This document shows, piece after piece, positions 12,475-24,400 of a DNA stretch of 64,000 bases (position 1 is the stretch's first letter; every line of letters starts with the position of its first letter). Under the pieces are notes generated by a model. The model was not told where the DNA came from and ran no database searches. It saw nothing but the letters and a program-made list of their open reading frames with translations. The translations under genes and the position numbers were made by a program. The stretch covers positions 25,172,001-25,236,000 of the forward strand of contig CM022677.1 in assembly GCA_012295275.1 (NCBI GenBank). The letters run 5' to 3'. Source of the DNA: Chrysomallon squamiferum. Lineage: Eukaryota; Animalia; Mollusca.

Positions 12475-15052
12475 TTTATTTATTTTATTATTATTATTAT
12501 TATTTTATATTATTATTTAATATTATTATTTATTATTATTATTATTATTATTATCATCATCATCATCATCACTGATATTTAAATTATCATCATTATTGAT
12601 ATTACTATTATTTTTGCTGCTGTTTCATGTTATTACTGTTTACTGTTTTGTTGTAGAAATTTAGTGCTGGATGGAAACTGGTTGAAAGAAGAAAACTGGC
12701 ATGAGCTGATAGGTGAAGAAAGTCAGTGAGTATTTTTTATTTTACTTTTGTGTTCTCTGATATGTCTTTGTGTGTCTGTCTGTTTCTGTGTGTGTGTGTG
12801 TGTGTGTCTGTGTATATATGTGTTTATGTTTGCATGTGTTCTAAGGAACTATTTTCATTTAATTAGGAACTGCATTATGGTTCATTGTGGACTATTTTCC
12901 ACTACAGAACAATGTTTAAATTTCATAATTCAGAATCTTAACCTGTGGAAGGCTGTTTTGAATCAGTCGGAGAATCAGTATTTTAGAAAAACTGTTTTAT
13001 AATTTCAGTTCAAGATATATTCCTCAGCAAGACTGATTTTTATATTTCTTAACTTACAGCCTCTCTCAACACCAGCTGTTCAGTGTTTCTTGAATTCTCC
13101 ATCTCTCTCCAAGAAATTCTTTTCATATTTAAGAATTCTCAATCTGTCTCTCTAATCTCATCTGTTATGTATTGTTTCAGAGTTCACAAACTGCATGTAA
13201 GTTATTGGAACCATTTCATGTTTAAGAATTCACTAACGTCTCCAAGGAACTGTTTTGTGTTTCAGAGTTCACAATCTGTCTCTGAGGAACTGTTTCATCA
13301 CAGACAAAGGGGCGGAGGGGATCGGGCGGATGCTTGGCACCCCCAAGACTGCCAACACCAAACTCCTGTCCCTGAACTTGGCCGGCAACAGAATTACTGA
13401 CACTGGTTGTGAACACTTAGCCAGGGTATGTGTTATATTATAGCATAAAGACTTAGCACATGTTATCTCAGTTTAAATAGATAGTCAGGATATGCTATAT
13501 CAGTTTAAACAGATAGTCAGGATATGTTATCTCAGAAAATATATAGTCAGGATATGCTATATCAGTTTAAACAGATAGTCAGGATATGTTATCTCAGATT
13601 AAATATATAGCCAGGATATGTTATCTCAGTTTAAATATATAGTCAGGATACGCTGTCTCAGTTTAAACAGATAGCCAGGATATGCTATCTCAGTTTAAAC
13701 AGATAATCAGGATATGTTATCTCAAGTAGTCAGGATATGTTATCTCAATTTAAATAGATAGTCAGGATATGCTATCTCAGTTTAAACAGATAGGATATAC
13801 TATCTCAGTTTAAACAGATATTCAGGATATGTTATCTCAGTTTAAACAGATAGGATATACTATCTCAGTTTAAACAGATATTCAGGATATGTTAACTCAG
13901 TTTAAATAGATAGTCAGGATATGTTAGCTCAGTTTAAACAGATAGTCAGGATATGTTATCTCAGTTTCAATAGATAGTCAGGATATGTTATTTCAGTTTA
14001 AACAGATAGTCAGGATATGCTATTTCAGTTTAAACAGATAGTCAGGATATGTTATCTCAAATAGTCAGGATATGTTATCTCAGTTTAAACAGATAGTCAG
14101 GATATGTTATCTCAGTTTAAGTAAATAAATGGTCATGGTATCTTATTAGAGTTTAAAAACATGGTATAGTCATCATGTTTAAATATGTAGTCAGGGTATA
14201 AAATCATATTTAAATAGGCATGGTGTTTTATCACAAACATAAGTACTTAGTATCTGTTATTTGAATTAAATGTATAGAATGTGTCTTGTCATCTTTTAAT
14301 GGGGAGTGTTATCTCCATGTAAATATTTAGGATATGTCATCTCAGTTTATTTGTATAGCCAGATCAGTAATAATAAAACATAATAATACATTAATGGTAA
14401 TAATAATTACAGGGACTACGTATGAACAGTAAATAGGGTATATTGTATTTAAATAGTCAGTGTATATTGTATTTAAATAGGGTACATTGTTTTTAAATAG
14501 TCAGGGTACTTTGTATTTAAATAGGGTACGTTGTATTTAAATAGTCAGGGTACATTGTATTTAAATAGTCAGGGTACATTGTATTTAAATAGTCAGTGTA
14601 TATTGTATTTAAATAGTCAGGGTACATTGTATTAAAATAGTCAGGGTGTGTAGTGTAACACATGTTCTTGTTACAGGGACTATGTATGAACAGTAAATAG
14701 GGTATATTGTATTTAAATAGTCAGTGTATGTAGTGTAACACAGATGTTCTCGTTACAGGGACTACGTATGAACAGGACGCTGTTGTCGCTGTCACTGGCC
14801 AGCAACCAGATCGGAGACAAAGGAGCGTGCAAAATGGCCGAGGTGACTTACTTTAATTTAACTGAAATTAAACAGCTATCTTGTGATGTTAAATAAAATT
14901 GCTCTGTTAATTAAAAGTATGTGGTGTAGTGATTACGTAAATTAAATTTTAAGAAGAATTATTTGTTAGGTAAGTGTGTGTGTTATTTTATGTATGTATT
15001 TATATACATATTTGTGTATGTTTATATGTATGTGTAAACATCTATGAGTCTG

Positions 15053-15084
<32 letters not shown>

Positions 15085-16247
15085 TTTGTGTAAGCAAAAT
15101 CTTTTAGAAACCAATTTACAGCATTAAAATAAAAGTGATCAGTCTGTTGTTTATTGAATTTGTGCAATATTACTGATATCTGGCCTCACAGGAGTATTTC
15201 TACTACTGTTCTGTATCTTTATAATACCCTAAAATCAAATTTAATTTACCTGAAGTGCATAGACTCTAGTGCTGTCTGGGCATTTAGTGTATACTGTTTT
15301 ATTCACAGATCCTGAAATCAGTAAATATTTACCTAATGTATTGTTATACCATTGAGCTCACATACGCATGTATCTGTGTATATATATGTATGTCTGTTTG
15401 TCTGTCTGTATGTATATCTGTAACTATGTAATCTACTTATGTCCCTGTATCTGTGTGTGTATGTATGTATGTAAGGATGTATGTGTGGTTGTATGTGTAT
15501 ATGCATCTATGTACATTTTTATGGAAGTCTATTTCTCACAAATTACACAGATATATAAAAAATACTTACATATGTATTCTTACTCAGACTTTCAGATAAG
15601 TACCGGGTTTGATGAACAAGTCACTGCAGTTAAACTAAATTTAATCATTACATTAGAAGAAAACTTAATCTTAACTGATAACAAGATGTAAATTTAATCA
15701 ATAATTGTATATTCTCCATTGTTATTTACAACTTCTTCCCCAAAACAGTCAACAACTTTTTTGGAAACAAAATTTTAAATGAATTATGAACCTCAATGAT
15801 TTATCCCTCAGCCCAGTATATTTACACACACACACACAGATAGACATATATATATATATATATGTGTAAATATATATAAATATGTGTTGTTATTTCAGAC
15901 ACTGTCCCGGTTTCCACTGACACATGAAGAAGTGGTGGAAAGGCGGAGACAGATCTCAGACAAAGGTTCACCGGACAGGAACAAGTCGGTATGTGTTGTC
16001 ATGAACACAGTCTATTACTAACACACCTCACTCACATACAGTGTGACACTGCATGTTGAATAACTCACGAATCACAGAGTTCACTAACACAGTTTTTAGA
16101 CTGATGTAAATTCATTGTGACAGCGTGTGTGTGAAAAAACAAAATCCTAGCCAAATGTTTTTACGTTTAGCAGACTTTTATACACAGAGTAAATGCTTTT
16201 GTAGTGGGTTTTTATATATAGAGTGAGAGAGAGAGACAGAGAGACAC

Positions 16248-16287
<40 letters not shown>

Positions 16288-16401
16288 AAAGAAAAATATG
16301 AAAATATTAAGATTAACAGAAAGAATATAAAACCTTACAGAAAGCAAATAAAAGAATAAAAAAATAAAATAAAAAACAAACCCTATCTTTTCATGATTAT
16401 C

Positions 16402-16462
<61 letters not shown>

Positions 16463-17084
16463 ATGAAGTTGAGAAACAATTGAATATGTATTACAGTTAA
16501 AATTGTTTTTTATATTTTTTAACAATTAGAATGCTTTACAGTTTGAATCTTTTGCTTATGTAAATATATTTGGAAAGTTTAAATATTTATTATGATGAGA
16601 ATATTTTAGGATCTTTAGAATCTTATATTTAGAATGTTTTGCATATTTATTACATTCAAATTTATTTATTTGTTTATTAATTATTATTATTATTATTACT
16701 GACTTTTTAAAAATTATTGTGAGGAATCATTTTATTTTTATACTGTCTTGATATGACTGTCTTCATAAAAATGTATTGGCAAGAAAAGTTATATAATGTG
16801 TGTTCTAACTAACTATAGATTTTTCAGTCTTTTATAGTTTCCTTCATTTTAAAAGATGTTGATTAAACATGTTTTATACAGTGTGATGATAAAACTGTAT
16901 TTATTAAAAATAGTTTGATTCCTAAGCTTTTGTTTTCATAGTGTTTTTACAAAATATTTTCACTAAATGTCTTGATAAAATGTATTTATCGAATGTTTGC
17001 ACAATGTTTTTTTAGTAGACAGAATACATATATATATATACATACATATACATACATATATATATATATATGTATATGTATGTG

Positions 17085-17115
<31 letters not shown>

Positions 17116-17901
17116 ATATATATACATACATATATCATACATACATAATTATTACTGAATATATTAGTGAATGTTTTTTAAGGAATGTTTATTGAGGAAT
17201 GTGTTTTTAAGGAATGTTTATAGACTGTATTTATAATCTGTGCTTTTCACATCACTATGTCACTCAGCCGTCACCCACACGTCGCGCAGACTCACAGAAC
17301 CGACCTGGCAGTGTGCGCAGTGGCGTCCACGTGGACAAAGACAAGACCAAACGAGAAAAACCATCGGCCAAACAGAAAAAGGTATACACACACTTATATA
17401 GTATGATTCTGCAGTGTGTGTGTGTTTTATTATTTTTCTTTCTTACTTTTTGATTAATTTGTTTGTTTGTTTGTTTGTTTGTTTTTTTCTACTTTTTCTT
17501 TTTTACCTGCATTTGAACATTTTTTAAATAATATTTTTGCATTGGTATTCTTATTTTTTGATAAATTTATTTATTTGTTTGTTTATTTTTATTTTTTATT
17601 TTTATTTTTTTATTTTTTACTTGCAATTAAAGTTTTTTTTAATAACATTTTTACATTGGTATTCTTATTTCTTGATAAATTTATTTATTTGTTTATTTCT
17701 TCTTCTTCTTATTTTTTTTTTTACCTGCAATTAAAGCATTTTTAATAACATTTTTACATTGGTATTCTTATTTTTTGATAAATTTATTTATTTGTTTATT
17801 TTATTTTTCTTCTTTTTTTTTTTTTTACCTGCAATCAAAGCATTTTTTAATAACATTTTTACATTGGTATTCTTAATTTTTGATAAATTTATTTATTTGT
17901 T

Positions 17902-17952
<51 letters not shown>

Positions 17953-20900
17953 AATCAAAGCATTTTTTAATAACATTTTTACATTGGTATTCTTATTTTT
18001 TGATAAATTTATTTATTTGTATGTTTATTTTTTTTTTTTTTTTTTTTTTTTTTCTTTTTTTTTTTTTTTACCTGCAATTAAAGCATTTTTTAATAACATT
18101 TTAACATTGGTATTCTTATTTTTTTATAAATTTATTTATTTATTTGTTTATTTCATCTTCTTCTTCTTTTTTTTTTACCTGCAATCAAAGCCTTTTTTAA
18201 TAACGTTTTTACACTGGTTCTTTCAACATTTATAAATAAAATAAAAAAATTTTTTTTTTTATTTCTTGTGATAACAAATTTATGAAACAAGAAAATAATA
18301 TTAACTTTTCCGATAACTACACTGGTATTTTAAAATGTCTTTTCCTAGCTGTAGATTTTAGAGTTATAAACATCTGTAAATATTCTCAAAATATACATCA
18401 GAATATTTTTCATTTATTATTCTAGCTGTAAATTTTACTTACAGTTATGAAAGTATATTTATATATGCTCAAAATTGTAACTCTAAAATTGACAGCTAAA
18501 AAGGAAAAAAAAAAAAAAAATGGCACTTGCAGCCTTTAGAATATTTTCAACCTTAATAGATAAAAATGTTCTTTTGTTTTTTATTTTACATTTGCTACTA
18601 AAACGAGAAATAAAAGTTCACGTTTTAAATACTAAACACTTTTACATGTTCTCACTTGTAACTGTGACACTGCAGTTTTACATGTTTATTTTACATTTAC
18701 AACACATTTTAACTGTATTTAAATACTTACATGACTCAAAGAGTAAAATATATTTAATTTCACTTGTTAATATTTTTACATTTATAGACTATACGAGTAA
18801 AAATATTTAGTATACTTTTAATACTAAAATGGTGAAAAAAAATTAAAAATTCTAGGATAAATTGTAAATATGTTTCAGTGTAGTTTTAATAGTTAAATGA
18901 CTAGAAGATTAACGATATAGAGAACTGTAATTTTAATGTATAGCAAATACTGAGGGTGTAAATAAGCTTTTAATCTTTACATTATTATAATGTTAGAAAT
19001 ATTTAAATGTAGTTTTAATATTTATCAGTATAAACTGGATAAAAATATTTAAATGTAGTTTTAATATTCAAGTGTTTTTAAGGGAAAATTAGATTTAATT
19101 GTAGTTCTAACATTTAAATGAATACAATTAATACATTAACTGCAGTTTTCATATTTATAGATGAAATGGTTAAAATATTTAAATGAATATAAATGCTAAG
19201 TTAATTGTATTGTTAACAGAGCTAAAATAGTTAACTGCTTTTAAAAAAAAAATATTTACAAGTTAAATTAGTGAAATGTTTTATTTCTGTTTTAATAATT
19301 TCAGGATAATAAAGGAAAAGATGTCAAAGAAGATGACAAAAAGGGTGGATCGCGAAAAGATGACAAAGGTGGAAGCAAAAAAGGTAAAAACAAAAAATAA
19401 TAATCTGTCGTTTGAAATACAGTAGTTTAATTTGCTGTTTCGAAGTAAACTGTTTAATTTTCTTTTATTTAATTCTTTAAGACATAAATTGTTTGTCATT
19501 TTGTTTGATGATTTTTTTAAAATATTTATTTATTTTTGAATTCATTCTCTTACATAACACAGCATAATAACATATTTCTCAACTTTGTGTGAAAGTAATG
19601 TGTTATATAGCATTAATACAACAAAACACCACTTTCATTTTTTTTTTTGTTATTTTTACACATCATGGTTATTATTACTGCTGCCTGATAATGTTTTTAA
19701 TGTTAGGAACAAATTTCAACCTCGGAGGTCGAAGTTCATCGTGTGAGTAACAGTACAGACAGATTGTCTATTACTGTAAGCCAGTCTTTTCTTGTCTGTT
19801 CAATAAGCCAATCTTTCCAGATGTGCCTTTTCTATAAGCCACTTTTTTCAGTTGTGTCTCTCTTATATGCCTGTCTTTACAGACGTGTCTGTCCTATAAG
19901 CCAATTTTTATAGACGTGTCTATCCTATAAGCTAATTTTTATAGATGTGTCTCTCCTATAAGCCAATCTTTAGACATGTGTCTCTCTTATAAGCCAATCT
20001 TTAGACATGTGTCTCTCCAATAAGCCAATCATTACAGTTGTGCCTGTCGTATAAGCCAATCTCTACAAATGTGTCTTATAAGCAACCTTTAGTATTTGTT
20101 ACTATGTCACTTATATTAACTTGTTTCACTGCAATAAAGTCCTAATTAGCAATTGTTAGACATGTTCTCTCTACAATAATAATGTTTACAAAAGTGTTCT
20201 AACATTCCAATTTCTTTCAAATGTAGTCTGTCACTAATCATAACAGTTGTAATGTGCTATAACACCAATCTCTTCAAAACATGTTATAACAATGTTTCAT
20301 TGTTGTTATTGTCACTAACATTTACTTGTTTCACTGCAATAAAGTATAATTCAGGAACATGTTTTCTCTAACAATAATCATTGTCACTAATATGTCACTA
20401 AGATGTCATTCATTTCTTTGTCAGCAACATGTGTCAAACTTCAGGAACATATATTACAACAATAATATGTCACTAACATGACTTTTCAGTGATATATCAC
20501 TAACATGTGTCATTTGAGTAATATGTCACTAACATGTGTCACATGAGTGATATATCACTAACATGTGTCATTTTAGAATGTCAATATGTCACCAATAGTA
20601 AATGTCACTAGCATGTGTAATTTCAGTAATATTTCACTAACATCTGTTATTTCAGTGAATGTCACTAACATGTCATTTGAGTAATATGTCACTAATATCT
20701 GTTATTTCATGTAATATCAGTAACTAATGTGTCACTGACATGTCACTATAGTATGTCACTAACATGTGTCACTGTATAATATGTCACTAATATATGTCAC
20801 TATACTAATATGTCACTAACATATCACTGTAGTAATATGTCACTAACATGTCACTAAGTAATATGTCACTAACATGTCACTAGTAATATGTCATTAACAT

Positions 20901-21408
20901 GTGTCACTGTATAATATGTCACTAACATGTCACTGTAGTAATATGTCACTAACATGTGTCATTGTTGTAATATGTCACTAACACCTCATTGTAATAGTGT
21001 GTCACTATAGTATTATGTCACTAACATGTGTCACTCTAGTAATATGTCACTATCATGTCACTAACATGTGTCACTGTAGTAATATGTCATTAACATGTCA
21101 CTGTAGTAATATGTCACTAATATGTGTCACTGTAGTAGTGTGTCACTATAGTAATGTGTCACTAACATGTGTCACTATAGTAATGTCATTAACATGTGTC
21201 ATAATAGTAATTTGTCACTGTAGTAGTATGTCACTAACATGTGTCACTAATATGACTTTTCTACATCACTGATTTATTTCAGTACAGTAACATTTCACTA
21301 CATTTGTTTCACTTCAGCTTTTCGACTTCTCTCAGTCATCACTGGTATTTGTATTCTGCAAATTTGGTCACCATGGTTACATCAGTGTTTTGCATATTGA
21401 AAGTATTC

Positions 21409-21467
<59 letters not shown>

Positions 21468-24400
21468 ACACACAGACATATATACAAACACTGATGTTTT
21501 TGTGGTAAACATTCCTTATTAGACCTTGTTGCTTACTCATGTCAAACTGTCTATATTTCACAGCTAATCTTTACTATTCCAATGCTGCCTACCACTGTTC
21601 AAAGCACTGCTCACTGTCACTACTCACAACACTGCTCACTGCCACTGTATCTCTACCAATACTTTACTTCCATGTGTCTCTCTTGTGCTGCAGTCCTCCT
21701 GTTTACTACTGTAATGTTACTGTTAACGTACAGTTATGTGCTGTATCAGTCTCTGTGTTGTAACATGATATCTCTTTCAATCTCTATTGTACTGTTGCAT
21801 TTATTATATCAAGAATAAAGTGAAGGTAAAGATACAGGAATAAAAAACTGAAAGCAAGGGGGATACAGGAATTCAAAGTCAAAGTAATGCTGATATAGGA
21901 ATTTAGAGAGAAAGATGAACAATCAGTAGTAATGAGGAAAAATAGAAAGTACAAGTAGTGTTGATGTAGTGAAAGATATGTCAGTATAATTAAAAAAAAA
22001 AAATATGTAATGTTAACAAAATGAAAGTAATTTTAATTTAATATTGGTATAGTAACACAAAGTGAAAGTAATGTTGATATAGTACAACGTGAAAGTAATG
22101 TTGATATAGTACAAAGTGAAAGTAATGTTGATATAATACAAAGTGAAAGTAATGTTGATATAGTACAAAGTGAAAGTAATGTTGATATAATACAAAGTGA
22201 AAGTAATGTTGATATAGTACAATGTGAAAGTAATGTTGGTTTAGTACAAAGTGAAAGTAATGTTGATATAGTACAAAGTGAAAGTAATGTTGATATAGTA
22301 CAAAGTGAAAGTAATGTTGATATAGTACAACATGAAAGTAATGTTGATTTAGTACAAAGTGAAAGTAATGTTGATATAATACAAAGTGAAAGTAATGTTG
22401 ATATAGTACAATGTGAAAGTAATGTTGATTTAGTACAAAGTGAAAGTAATGTTGATATAGTACAAAGTGAAAGTAATGTTGGTTTAGTACAAAGTAAAAG
22501 TAATGTTGATATAGTACAACGTGAAAGTAATGTTGGTTTAGTACAAAGTGAAAGTAATGTTGATGTAGTAGCACAAAGTGTAAGTAATGTTGATATAATA
22601 CAAAGTAAAAGTAATGTTGAAGTATGAACACAAAATCAGCATAAATGATGATAGAGTAATACAAAGTGAAAGTACATATTACTACAGGAATACAAAGTGA
22701 AAGTAAAGCTGATGCATATTTGTTCCTTTCATCTGGTGATTCTAGGTTGCTTTCTGTTGTCCAGTTTATTTTATTTTCATGAAGAAACTATAAAAGTGTA
22801 CAAAAAAATATATAACTAGATTCTGTAATTTTCTCCAAGCAATGAATGTATTATATTTTTCAGTGTATTATAATGGCAGCTCCTTTCTTAAATTATGTCC
22901 AAATAAGAAGATTCACAATGTTTTAACCATAAATATAATAACTACAATTATATATATATATATATACACACACAATTATTCTTATTGCTAACAACAGAGA
23001 TAAGAATTGTTTTGTTTGAAATTATATTTAATGTATATATGTATATGCATGCATGTATGTATATATGCATGTATGTATATATATGCATGTATGTATGCAT
23101 GTCTGTATGCATGTATGTATGTATGTCTGTATGTATGTCTGTATGTATGCATGTCAGTTTGCATGTCTGTATGTATGCATGCATGCATGTATGTATGTAT
23201 GTATGAATGTATGTATGTATGTATTTTACAGTTGTGTAATGTTGAATGTATTAATAGTTCTTTATCTATTGCACTCTAATGTTATATAAATATATGTATT
23301 ATTTCCATAGCTCTATTAATATTTGTGTATTGCAACATTTTATTTAATAATTAAATTTAACAATGACTGGTCTAGTAAATAGTTTATCGTAATATCTTGT
23401 GTATTACATGCATAAATTAACAATCTATTGTACAGGAATATATAAATATATTTATGCATTAATTGGAAATGTTAAAAAATGTTGTAGTTAATGTAAACAT
23501 CATACAGTATGTTATGTTGTTCACATTACCAGAATATTATCTTAGTATATCAATGTAGTAAACTAAATAGTCTTCATATATATATATACACACACACATA
23601 TATATTCTTGTGTATTTTAATGTATTAAGTGTGATGTTAGATACTATTGATATAGTTGTATGTATAGCTCTGTTACAATGAAGAATAATATTAAAATCTG
23701 TGTTATATGTACAGCTGTGTTATATTTAAGATTAATGTAAGAAGCTGCTGGTGTATTTATATATGTAAGTTTTTTATGTACAATGTATATAAACTACTGT
23801 ATTTAACAGTCTGTTATGTCATCTTACAGCATCCATTGCTCCAGATGCTGGGAAGACTGCTGGAAAAACAAAAGGACAGGAAAAGAGACAAGAAACCAAC
23901 ACCTCAAGAAACTGAGGTATCTTAAATTTATATTTTAAATCATATCGTTTGGTTTGTGATATCATCATAATAGCGCACTCACTTGTGATATTACTCAGTG
24001 TGTATAATGATTTGTTTTATATCAGAACTGTAAGGTCCATAGTGGAATGTAATATCAACTGTCTAATGTAATCAGTATAATACCAGTATAAGTGTAATAT
24101 GTCAGTATTATATTAGTAGTGTAAGATAATTCGTATAATACCAGTGGTGTTAAATAATCTGTATAATATCAGTAGCATAATGTAATAAGTATAATATCAG
24201 TAGTGTAATATAATAAATATAATATCAGTAGGGAATGTAATCTGTATAATATCAGTAGTGTAATATAATAAGTATAATATCATAGTGTAATATAATCAGT
24301 ATAATATGAGTAGTGTAATATAAGTATAATATCAGTAGGTAATATAATCAGTATAATATCAGTAGTGTAATATAATAAGTATAATATCAGTAAGTAATAT

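Noticed and set aside
17495-18230. Repeat-spacer-like array resembling CRISPR
   Set aside because: The 'spacers' are just variable poly(T), the array sits in a eukaryotic intron, and there are no cas genes.
22038-22664. 208-aa ORF of LYQHYFHFV repeats
   Set aside because: By-product of a stop-free frame in a 27-bp minisatellite antisense to an LRRC71 intron.
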